Assembly (NCBI GenBank): GCA_051362555.1
Contig: CM120641.1
Span: 33,424,401-33,488,400 of the forward strand
Length of the DNA: 64,000 nucleotides
Direction of reading: 5' to 3'
Source of the DNA: Lingula anatina
Taxonomy: Eukaryota; Animalia; Brachiopoda
Under the pieces are notes generated by a model. It did not search any database, was not told the DNA's origin, and saw only the letters and a list, made by a program, of their open reading frames with translations. Below, one piece after another: positions 38,137 through 51,200 of this stretch. Position 1 is the first letter of the stretch. Every line of letters begins with the position of its first letter. A program made the translations under genes and the position numbers.

Positions 38137-41100
38137 TCAATAGTCATCATCATCATCAGTCATAACATCTCCAGCTGGATCGTCCTCTATAGGCATCTCA
38201 GCCAGCAGCTCCTCCATGGGTCGACCGTCCCAGAAACTCTGCAGCGCCATCTTGGTCATAGTCACACTGAAAATTTTCAAGAATTGTCTTCCAATTATTG
38301 AAATAGACAAACAAACAAGTTTCACTTTTAAATTAGTCATGTGTTGAAAATGTATTCATGACAGTCCATTGTCATCACAAACAATTCTTCATCAAAGAAA
38401 TAATCTGTATTTTAATTATCTGTAGCACAGTAAGGCTTCGTTCACATGGAATGTCTATTTTCTAAATTCTATTTTCTATTCGCGGTATGTCTTATGATCA
38501 CGGTCTGTGCCCTGAATATCCCGCGGCGTAATTACTGGCAGCGCGAGCCAGTTACTATAAGTTACTATAAGCATGTGAATGAAGCCTAATATCTACTTTG
38601 CTACACATTTGCAGGTCTGTGTGTCAGTAAACCCCATACATCATACATAGCTAAATGTATAATACTAATGGATGCATCCTTCATGTTGCAACTGGTAATT
38701 CATTCTCGCACCTAACACACTGTCCTACTAAAAAGTATCAAATGTTTGACATTATTGTAATAGCTCGATCTATTCAATGGGCAAAATTTAGCAAAATTTC
38801 AGATACTTAGTTTTATTATCACAAAATTACACTTTTATACAGCATTTGTGGTGCTTTTACTGCATAGAATGAAAGAAATTGTGAGTTAAAAAATACAGAA
38901 TCTGAAAAATTCACAATTTTCCCCCATGTAAAGATTGAGTAATTACTGTATGTACCTATCTAATTGTCCTGTCAAACTTACACACAAGTATAGGACACCT
39001 TACATTATACCTACATATTTTATAAGCTCTTGATAAAAAGAAAAACAATAATTTAAATTGATACATACAGAGCTAATGAAACTGTTCTCTCACCTCACAT
39101 GATGTTTTATCTAGAGTTAAGAGTCTAACAGAAGTAAACAGAGGACAAAATCAAACAAAATCATACTGACCAAAGAAACAGGAATTTAAACAAACCCTAA
39201 TTAACACACCATATTGGAACTATGTGGTCACACATACAACTTTGCACAGTACTCATGTGGTGATGCGGTGTGTTCAATGAGATTTCATTACAAATTGTTG
39301 AATTCTGTAACACAATAATGGATGAATGAAACTAAGACTGGGTGCCCATCCCTAGATCAATCTAACAGGATCAGTCCATCTCCATGAGGTTTCTCTCTCT
39401 AAATTGCTTTCAGCTAAAGTGGTTTAGATGTCTGGGACACCTAAAGCTGCTTAACAATAGTTAATTACCCCTATCAGCTTCTGTAGGCATGACAGACATC
39501 TAAGTCGTTTAAGTTAAATACAATTAAGGGAGAATTCCCTTGGAGATAGTTCGATCTAAAATTTATATGATAGGGTCTGTGAATGGTCTCTTAAACAGCA
39601 TATAAACTGTACACAGTGTCCTATGTTGCCCATTACCTTGTCTTGAGCACTGAGTACTTCTTGGCCCAGAACTGCTTACTTCTCTGCCAAAAAGTTGAGT
39701 TTTGTTTCATCTGATGAAGAAGTTTGTTCTTCAGCGCCTGTCTGTAGCTTTGGATTTGTGGGTCATCCTCTTTACTTGTGGCTGCCACCCCAGTCTCTAC
39801 CTCTTGAGCCAGTTCTACAGAAATCGAATAAGATTTCTATTGAGTTGGGGTCATTGCATGGTTTTTCCCATAAGTGGAGCAATGAAATTTTCTTAGAATT
39901 ATATGAATGAAATATGTGTAATGTATTTATCCTAAAGATTAGGCAACTCTCTTTAAAAATAATGTTTTGCAAGTGGAGTTAATATAATAAACTGTAATAT
40001 AAGTGGAGTTAATATAATAAACTGTGAAAAATAAAACAGTAAGCTTAATTAAATAACTAAACTGATTTTCATACTTCTTACTGGTATGTATAAAGCCCAA
40101 AAAGTATCATGCAATAAAAATGAATGTTATATACTTATTCATTTGGCTATTACCTTGCATTCTATTTTCATCTTCTAGTTGTTGCTCATATTCTGTGACA
40201 TTTTTCAGAAATTCATCCTCGGTGGTATTGCAAAACAGATACATGTAGCAGGAGGGGGTTTCAGACACAGTGTAGACATTATGGAATTTACCAGGTGGTA
40301 GCTGAAAGAAAGTGAGAAATTTTACATAAAACAATTCATGACATTTTCAAGTATTGTGAAATTTACTTTCTAAAAAGAAAATCATCACTATAAACCTTAG
40401 ACATGATCATGCATGTAAAAAAATCCAGGCTAACACAAACGTTTATTTGCCAAAGGCTTAACATAAATCTTTTCATTTTTTTTTTTATTGCACTACTCAA
40501 CTTTTTACCATATTTATATTAACAAATGTTTCTCCAAACGACACAAAAGATGTAGCCAACACACATTGTTTTAGGTGTTTAGGTGTATGCTACTGATCAC
40601 GAACATCCAACAACTCCGAGCTGTTGAACGTGCAGCTTCTCATAGCTTGCCTGTTCAATACATAATTACCACCATCTTGCAACTGTTGAACTGGAAGAGA
40701 GACCTTCACACAATGTAAGTCATTAGTGTTACAAACCTTCCCAATGGAGATGACTTACTACTGCAATCATAATGACACAACTTATCAGCCTACATACAGT
40801 CCAGTACCTGATTTCCCTGATGAATACAACATGGTCAAATCCCAGCCACAACATACGAGATTAAACATCATGCTATAAAGCAGTTATAAGTGCAAATAAA
40901 ATGACCTTACTTTTTGTCTATTTATCAAAAAGCATGGTATAACTTAGACATACAACAAATTTTCCACCTGCTGTCTTTTTCATTAAAACGATAATGCCAA
41001 ACATGTAAAGCTGAGGCTGATACTGAAACACATCTTCGCCAACCTTAACAAACCACCCACCCCAATCACCGAAGCAGGTTAATCCTAAACAACCAACAAT

Positions 41101-44100
41101 AAACCAGGCGCATTTTTTTTTAAATGTCAAAACATCTCTGGAGTACGTGACATATAAAATGAAAATAATTAAGTCAGACAACTGGGAGACAAAACACTTC
41201 ACAAGAAAACAGGAAGATTAGTATCTATGAATGTTGTGACATTTTCAGAAGGATCACATATTAATTAATCCAAAGGCAAACTCTCCAGTTCCCACACAAA
41301 CTATTTACAGATTGCAGAATTTCTATGAAGACTTCATCTTTAGCTGATGTTCAATGTGTTCCCTGGGAATTGTCAGATACATACATGCAGAATATTGTTG
41401 AAAACTAACAGCTAGTGTTGATTCAGGCATACTCACTGAAAGTAGCCAAAATGTAATTTACTAATAATAAACAAAAAATAAGATTTGCATAACAGAGTTT
41501 AACACATTAAGTGCCACAGTAAATAGAAATTGTAATTCATCATTACTTTCATTGTGTCTCCTTCCTTCAGTGATCTATTTTTCTTCTCTTCAACTAACTC
41601 TACCACCACTTCTCCTTTCAACACTGTCAAGCTTGTGTTTCCCAAATCTGCTTGTACAAAGTTCTCTAAGTGAAGTCCTGAAAATTACAATTCAGCAGAT
41701 ATTACAGATCTGAAGGCCAACTGAATGTTACAAGATGAACATCACTTTTCATAATAAATAAAAGGGTTCTTAAATTTTGTTGACTGCAAAAGTGTTCTTG
41801 TTTTTCAGATTTACTAGCAACAGTTTTTCATTAAATGTTAGAGTATTGCAGTTTATATTTTATAGTAATGATTGGGTCATGTGTCAAAGCATATCAGTTT
41901 ATATCAAGAGATAATGGTTACATTTTTCACAAGCAAACCCTCCACCTACACTATGACAACTTTTCCTTCAACTTAAGTTTTTCAATTTCTCCAATAAATA
42001 TGAAAGTATTTCATTTTCAGCTACTAGCAAAAAACTTTGCATTCAAACATATCCACAAGACCAGCACCTGGGAAATCAGCCACAAAGACCACATCAGTGG
42101 TGGTGTTGGTGTTGTTATAAATTTGGTCTTCTATTTCATCCATCTTGGCCCTCCAGTCAGAAAGGTCCACCAGTAGTGGCATCAGCCAGGATGTGGCCTT
42201 GAAAGGGTGCCAGTCTGCAGTCAAGATGTCCACACGGGGGTCAAACATCCTGTAGAACATTCACAAAGTATTCAATATTTCAGGTTGTTAGTGCATTTTC
42301 ACTGAACAAGTTGAATTGGAACTACTTCAATGTTAGTTTCCACATGTCCGTCAAACTAGTTTAACACTAATCACTGTGTTAGGTGTGGCAGTATGATAGA
42401 TGGAATGTGTTAGGTGTGGCAGTATGATAGATGGAATGTGTTAGGTGTGACAGTGTGATAGATGGAATGTGTTAGGTGTGACAGTGTGATAGATGGAATG
42501 TGTTGGGTGTGACAGTGTGATAGATGGAATGTTTTAGGTGTGACAGTGTGATAGATGGAATGTGTTGGGTGTGACAGTGTGATAGATGGAATGTTTTAGG
42601 TGTGACAGTGTGATAGATGGAATGTTTTAGGTGTGACAGTGTGTTAGGATCAGACATGACAGAAAATTATATGTTGCTGATGCAAGTGTTTTTCACTGTT
42701 AGCAAAAGTTGATGGATTCTAACCAATAACAAAACTGAGTGTGATAATGTGTTGGGTGAGACAATTCCATATGTAAGACAAATAGACTGCTTTTATTATA
42801 AGAACTGTAAATTTTTGATATTCATATATTTTTGACAATTCATTTGTAATTCTATTAGGAACCATTCATTTGTTAACAACAAACTCTGCATAGCTCAAAT
42901 TTCAATAATGACAACCCTGGGTTACATAAGGTGCTGTCATTTAAAAAAAAAGTCAAATGTTAAAAAGACAACATGTTAACCTAAAGAAAACAGGACATCC
43001 ATAACAAAATACACATAATGTTACTACCTCTGTTGAAATCTGTTATTCATGGACTTCCATATATCAAAGGTAAGCTCTATGTTGGTCAGGTTGTACAGTT
43101 TCAATCTGTCTAAAATACAGGTGCTGAACTGTTTCAACATGTCCGCATGGGATGCCCAGCGCTTGCTTCCAGTGAAAGTCTGGAAATAAATTATACAGAA
43201 TATAAGAAAAGGTAAGTTGAAACAGTGTGTTAATTTTAACTGCAAGTTATAAGAACAGAAAACAATGGATTGGTATGGTAAGGTGCAATGGTGTGTCGTG
43301 GTATTTGTGACTGAATTATGGTGTCATAGTACATCTGTTTGAGTTAATAATTTAAAAGTAACTGAATAATAAAAAATAATAAAAAATCAATTTGATATCC
43401 AAATATAACAGATTTTGTAGAAGTGATGATACTTTGAAAAACTTAAATAAAAACCTTGAATATGACGATACGTCAGCAAAGCTTGGTTTAACTGTGTCAG
43501 TATGATTTTGTGATTTTGCTAAATATGAAAATGCTTTTAAAAAAATCTTTGTACACTTGCCCTTGGGTTCAGGTACCCCACTTCTCCAGTTTCTTTATTA
43601 ACATATGTAATTCTGATATGTTGTGATGACCATGTGTGAACCATCATGTCCCAGGAATAACCATACAAACCATTGGTCCAATTATTATAGCCCTGGAATA
43701 GAATGAAAAAAAAAAAGAAAATAAAGAGAAAAAAATACCAGGTAATTTTCGACCCCAATCTGACTAATTGCATTCGCTGGATATCATTTTCAAACCTAGA
43801 TAAACTCATAAATTTCTAAGAATGATTGATTTTTTATTATTCATACCTTTGTGAGAAAATGAGAGTATGGCAGGAAACACTGTGTGGAGATATAGCTGAC
43901 AACACACAAGGCAGCCATCTTGTGAAAGAATTGAGGTGAGCTGTGTAAGAGTGGTCTTCTTTGTTTGTTATTTTCAGATCTGGAAGAACTGCCATTTTTT
44001 GTGGGCTGGTGACCATTTTCTCTTTCATCTGTTCTAATGTTTTGTTGGTCCTAAAATACATTGAAGAGAAACATACACATATAATTTACTTATACACGTC

Positions 44101-45242
44101 AAGTAAGGAGCATATCTTATGAAACACTTCACTTTCACCATTTTACAGCATGGCTGTTCTTTCCTACATCTACAAGTTCAATGGCAAATGCATATCACAT
44201 TTTTTCTTAGAAAAAAAATCAGTCATTCAAGTGATTGTGGCAAGTTTCCAATTACTCGACTCATTCTGACATTATCAGCATAGAAATGAACATCCTAGAC
44301 AGGTTATTTAGCAACCAATGACATTTATCATCAGAGACACAAATAAAATCCATCCCAGCAGCCAGCTGGCATCAGGGGCAATCAGCAAATGAGACACATC
44401 TGATGTATTTCACCAATCTCATCTCCTAAAAGAGCAGCTATAACCTCTTTAATCCTATTATGGAAAAGCACTTTCGTATGATGTGATGATATTAGGCAGA
44501 CACACAATGTGGATATACATGTATATATATTTATTTTATTTCATTTATATATGAACAGGTAAAATACTACAACCAAAGGACTAAAACCTTTGCAACAAAA
44601 TGATATATTTATGTATGAATACAACTGGGAAGGAATCGTGATTAAAAGCACGCCTACTAATACCTAAATGCCAGGCTTCTTAATGATTTTGTTGTTTGTG
44701 CAAGTACAAATGAGTGGGTGTCAAAGACAATTATACAAATGCCCCATCCTACATGCTGTGCTTCTTAATAATTTTGTTTCCAGTCTCTGTCAAATCTCTT
44801 GTGATTACCTGAGATATCTTAAATTACACAATAGAGGGAAAAAGTAGTATAACAACTGTATTGGTAATAATAACTCACAAAGTAAGGAAATATGTTGTTT
44901 CTTCTTTATGGTTATACATGTAAACAAACTGCTTGTCAAATAGATCTCCTTACACTCAAAATGATAGTTCCCTCATCAAATTATAAATCAAAAGTCTAAC
45001 AGCTGTAGACTGAGCAAATAATTCTACTGATGTAATGTTAAAATAACTTTGACAAGAAAAAAGTGCATGTGTCAAGTATATTCAGTACAATTATAATAGC
45101 TGTAAGTTCAGAAGATACTTGTCATGTCATATTCACATGACACATTCATTTGTGTTATTTTCATCAGCTTTATGACAAGTTAATCTGTTAAGTGTCTGCA
45201 TCATGTGAAGTTATGTGTGTACTTGTTGTAATTGTGAAGCTG

Positions 45243-45296
<54 letters not shown>

Positions 45297-48200
45297 GCTG
45301 CAACCATCAAATGTAAAAAAAGAATTAACTCAGTCTACCCCACAGCATACCTCAGGTTTGACCACCTCTTTGGAGTAGAGGCAGTGGCCACTGGGCTGAG
45401 CCTCGGTGTCCAGAGGGAGGACAGGGGTCAACCAGCATGGCATTTTTCTGAAGAGTCTACGCGGCAGGTCCATGTGACAGAATACAGGCTGAGTTGCTAA
45501 CATGGTCCATGGAAACATACCTGGAAAAAAGTCCCACTTTTCAGCAAATGTTATTAATAATGAGTAAGAGTATATTTTGCTCATTTTTCTTTTTTTGTTT
45601 TTTTGCCTTTAACCCCCCTATGTGTATGTTATATACCTCAGACCTTTTGATACAGAAACTCTAACCCTCTGACATGTAAATACTCTGCTTTCCCAAATAC
45701 AAATTATTTGTCATTTACCAATTAGCCCATGTTGTAGCTAAAATGGTTTCAAAAACAGTTAACAAATATACCAAGCTGAGATCAATATCTATATATAATT
45801 TGAGCATTTCTACCCAACATATACAACCAAATATTATCCTGAACACAGAGCTTTGTTCGTCCTGGTATATTCAATCTAATTTCTATCAATTTTGAAAAAT
45901 ATCTATTTTTGTAGCATTTCTGAGTAGAGTACCTACCTATACTGAACATTTGTGAGTTCATGAGATGGAATAATGAGCCTATGACAAACCCTATAGGTCT
46001 GGTGGCATCAAAAAAGTATACAAAGCCAATGAACAGGTCTATGGTTAACCCACCAAGATGGACTACATATAGGTCTATTTGCTCATCAGTGAGAATGAAT
46101 CTGAAATATCACATCACAAAGTGGATTTTATTTATTATTTTATTTATTTGCAGTGTTATATTGTATTGTTGTGCTAGCTATCAAGCACAGGTTTTGACTT
46201 CAATTTCAAGCAGATAAAATTGTCAAGACATTTTATGTCCAATTTTAAAACTAAATCATATCTAAAACACTGCCACGCCTGAATAACAATAAGTCATACC
46301 AGTGTTTTATGTAATCTTTCATTTCAAGCACTGTCTTAACTAAAATACCTAATGAATGCCAACTGAAACTATTAAAACAGTTAACCAACTTTGAAACTGA
46401 AACAGTACAGCATCTAACAGAATGTCATGCTGAAAACAGCTTGTCAAAGCTTTGCTATTGTCACACCTAACACAGTCATACCTAACACACTGTCACACCT
46501 AACACAATATCACACCTAACACACTGCCACACCTAAAACAATATCACACCTAACACAATGTCACACCTAACACAATGTCACAACCAACACACTACATCTA
46601 GCATGATGAGTAAAGACTGGCCCACCTTAGGGGGTCAAATACCCATTCCTTGGACAGTGTTGTCATTGAATGGCCGTGCATCCAGTCATAGTCCAATTTC
46701 TTTAATCCCGCTATGAAATACACCATAAAAATCTGAAAAATATGATGACAATAGCAGCACCCACTAAATAATAAATTCTTTGTCAAACATGCTAAATTTC
46801 AGAAAATTTTTTAAAGACATAAAAAAAACATTTTCATTAAATACAACATGGAGGAGTTCTTTCTTTTATTCAAGAAACCCTTTTATCAGAAATTCTAAAG
46901 CAAGCTTTTTTCATCAAGCACCAGAAAATTTTGAATTCAGCAAGGATTACATTGTTCTGCTCACTAGGCAGGAGAGACAAGTAAGCAAATCTCATTTAAT
47001 AACAGAAGAGTCAGGCAATGAAAATTTAGTTAATTTGAACAAAACTGATAATCTCATTTCCTTAAAAATGTTCTTATCAATTATAGCAGTAAAAAATTTG
47101 TCTAAAAAGATTGAACGATAACCTATATTCATGACTTTTATTAAAATAAATAAAAAAGTAGAAAAAATATTAACACAACTATGTGACAATTTGAAATTTG
47201 ATTAATTATCTTGCCTTAGTCAATTATTCACAACTCTTAACAAGTTTGACTGTCTTAATTATCAAGTTATTCTTGTTCTTTCTTCAGATTTCTTTGTCTA
47301 TTCAATGTACAGAGGACACACTGGGCCAGGCATGTCTGCTGAGAGTGGTTCATCATGCACAGATGAGGATTAGATCAGTCCCCGTGCACAACTGGTGATT
47401 TGATTTCAGAATTGTATTGGGAGATTGTCAGCCCTTTTGGATGGTTGCCATTGTAGATGGCTGATTTATCTATTGAAACGGAACAAATGCATACAGGAAC
47501 ACTTTATGATGTATAATATGTTTTTGTCGCATGCTGCATAAAGTGTACTAAACTAAAAGAGAAAAAGATTATGCAAACATATCTTGAGTGTGTCTACTCT
47601 GGTCTATTTCAGTTTTTTCTTCATTTACTCTGCTTGCCAAATATTTCATTCCTGTATATGTCATTGCAATTTACAAAAAAAAAAAAAAAAAAAATGCATA
47701 TGACCGAAAGCATCACATATAATAAAGATTATTAATAATTCTTATCCTTTTTGCAAAAAAATTTCTTTACCAAAATCATTACCTAACCATAACCTAGGCT
47801 AGCACGCTCTTGTTACAAATGGCTGAAGGCAATGTAATAAATCTAATCATGAACCTTGCCATAATCATTCCACTTAAAACAAGCTGCTGTCAGCTGTACC
47901 AAGAAACCAATCACTTATTAAGGCCATTTACCTGAAGGAATTTATCAAAATTTATATGATTGGGCTTCTAGTTGCATTGAAATGGACAAGCTTAGGAAAT
48001 GACAAGGAAATTGCAGTCCGAAAAAGTATAGCCTAGTTTAAATTAACAAGGGTAGAGGGTTTTAGGCAATGCAAGAAAGTAATGCTGAAACACCTAAAGA
48101 AATATAGTTGTAACCTCAACCTTGGTTCATTGAAAAATTTCTCAATATACCATATGAACAATGACAAAAAGCTTTCATTAAATGCTGAAGATTTCATTAT

Positions 48201-51200
48201 TTTATCATTTTTTCGTTTATCAGTTTTCTCACAATTTAATGGTAATTTGGTAAAACAGAATGCTAACATGACCCGAATACTGCCTTCCATTCTTCCTGAT
48301 ATTACTGTTGTTTGCCTTTAGTACTAGTAATTAAGCTGAAGTCTTTGAAAATTATCACCATTATCCTGGACTACATTCTACTGGATAAGATAAATTTCTT
48401 CAGGTTTTCAAGGCGATCTGGAAATCAGTGAACTTTCACAGTGCTTGTTTTTTCATCAGGTGACCAGATTGCAATAGATTGATGGTGGAATAGCAAAGTG
48501 CTTTTTAGGGCAGTTTTATTTGCTGAAAATGCTTTAGGCTTCAACACATATAACTGAACTGATGCATGCATATAGAGAAGAGCCACTAAAAGAGGAAGCA
48601 AAATAAATGAAATACTTCTGGATTAAATTCAGTATTGCTTTTTTCTTGGATTGACTAAAAGAATCAACATGCAATAATTTTGATGACGAATACACAGATG
48701 CTAAACTAATGACATCACACCTTTAATTTCTTTGGCAAAAATTAATGATTTCCTCACTGGCAAAAAGTCCAGGGTTAAAATGATTACAAAGAAATATTAA
48801 GACAAAGCTAAATGACTTCTGTATAGTGAAAAATCTAAATCCAATGTTATTTTCCTGAGAACTCATTTCCTGCAATGAACTCCCAAGAGTCCTGTGCTTA
48901 ACCAGCAAGATGGAAACCATTAGCAAGAAACAAGACAGAGAAAAACAAAGTAATACAATATCACAAGTGGATGCTAGTGTTTTTTGAGTAATTTATCGAC
49001 AAACAACTCCAAGTATATAAAATGGTTGTTGCAAACGTCATATCCCAATGTGAGATATCACTGTGAGTTAATAAATTACAATACTGCAGGGTTACACACA
49101 ATTCAGAAACTAGTCTGTTTTAAATGCAAAACAAAATGTACTAATGTTTCTTCCTTGTGCTCACAAAACACATTCAAAACTCATTTCAAACCTCAATGCA
49201 CATAACAATCTGGATATCTGCATGAGGAAATGCAATAAATGCATGCAGCTGAGACTTCTCCTGATAACTCTGGATTATCTACCCTAAGATTCCAAATTAT
49301 TGTGCAAAAAAAAAATTGCAAAAGAGGAGGAAATTACCTGTGTTCTTATTAATGTATAATTCCACAAAGGAACATGGGCATTTCTTATACTAGGCCTCAG
49401 CAAGCCATCTACTGACCTTCAAAATGTGAGAAAAAATAAGATAAAATTAGGAAGAGGTCAAATACATAATTCAATGATGGTACGCATTTAACTTACTACT
49501 AGCAAACCTGTTTAATAATAAAAATATTAATGAAAATAATAATAATAATAATAACCTTTATTCAAGCACACTTTTACAAGACAATTACCTAACAATTACA
49601 TCATCCAATGAGGACATAAATGTCATCAATCATCAGACAATTTACTGGTTTTAGTTCTTGATTAAGGAAACACTATTTACATGTTTAAAATGCCTTATAC
49701 ATTCCACAATTATATAAACAGTGCTAGTGTTGTGCTGTATTGGTGAAAAAGTGTAAGATTCCAATGTAAGAGTAAAATTGTATGATAAGAAATATGTATG
49801 ATAATGTGTAAGGAAAGAGTGTGGTAAAATATATTAGGTGTGTGTGTGTGTGTGCATGTGTGTGTGTTTGTGCATGTATGTGCATGCGCACCCCATGAAC
49901 ATATACGCACATGTGTGTGCAGAGTACAACAGTATGCTACATGACAGAGCATCACAGTGATTGAGTGGCCTACCAGTATCTGTTGGCATCCATGAATAGC
50001 AGCTGTAGTCCAATGAGACCATAGAGATAGGAATGGTTATTCCAGACTGTCTTGTCTAATAGGTACACATACCAGTAGGAACATACAAACATTAGACAGC
50101 TCAGGCGGTAGAACATACCCAACATTATACCACAGGCACCTGAAGATAAAATACTAAAATTTATACCAAAGACTACATGCCAAAATTATACCAAAGGCAC
50201 CAAAAGATACATGTAGTATAAAGCAAAAATAATTTTGATGACAGTTTAGGTGGAACTTAGCACTTCTCATTTTACCAGATGAAAGATGACAAAAAATTCA
50301 TGTTTGCAATCTGTACAATATACCTCATATACATAAAGAAAGACTGTAATGAACATTATTCTGAAGACAATTGAATTGAAATATATGAAACATTATTCCA
50401 CAGTCACTTTAGGACAGAGCATCCCAAACATTATCAAGCAGGCACATATATTATAAGCACACGTTTAAAGTGTCTGTGATTTTTCTTAATCAATAGCTAA
50501 TATTGACACTGTCCACTTCCATAAGCAACTGATGAACTTCTTTTCTGACTTTAAGAAACCTGTTAGGCGTTAGTTTTCAAATATGAAGTTGAAAATAAAA
50601 TCCCATCAAAAAAATCTATTTTGTATCAAAATTTATTATTCAACACAAATAGCCACTAAACAGCTCTGAACTATCATCAAATTGCCAAATAACTAATGGC
50701 CCTTTGGCACCCTATTAAGCCAATTACTTTCCAGTAAGGCTTGTAATATTCCCCAGACATTCTAAATCTGTCAGAAGGAAAAAAGCCACCAGGACTAAAA
50801 TGAAATAAAGAGTGATCTTGTTTCTGCAATATTCTCTTCCTTTCTTCTTTTACAGAGGAACATATAGTGATAAGCATAACATATGATATTCTAAATTTCC
50901 AGTTTTAAGTTTTTAACATTTTGGGAATTATACACCTTTAATTGATCGAGGATTTATAAATCTTCTGGCCCAGAGGGCTAGACAAAAAATTTAAAGGCAC
51001 TCAAGGTAGGATCTAAAATGCATTTTAAGTGCATGGATCATTTCTAGTTGTATTCATCTGAGGACAATTCAAACTTTTAAAACAAAATAAAGCCAAAAGG
51101 TAAAACTGTCTACCACTTATTGTGTTTACGCTGAAAGTGCACACCTGTGTCTGTACATAAAAATGACAGATAAATAGCCTCAATCCATATCGCAAAAAAT

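Noticed and set aside
42375-42648. CRISPR-like array (31-bp repeats)
   Set aside because: The units are contiguous with no unique spacers, there are no cas genes, and the context is a eukaryotic intron. It is a minisatellite; the 61-aa ORF there is a repeat artefact.
43837-44061. ORF-track translation MYFRTNK... as a GGCX exon
   Set aside because: Wrong frame; the frame ending [11 protein letters not shown] matches GGCX and the splice phases.
47925-47950. Recursive-splicing-like site TTCCTTCAG|GTAAAT on the GGCX strand
   Set aside because: The host intron is only ~2.6 kb, and CAGGTA words are common on both strands here; no support without junction reads.
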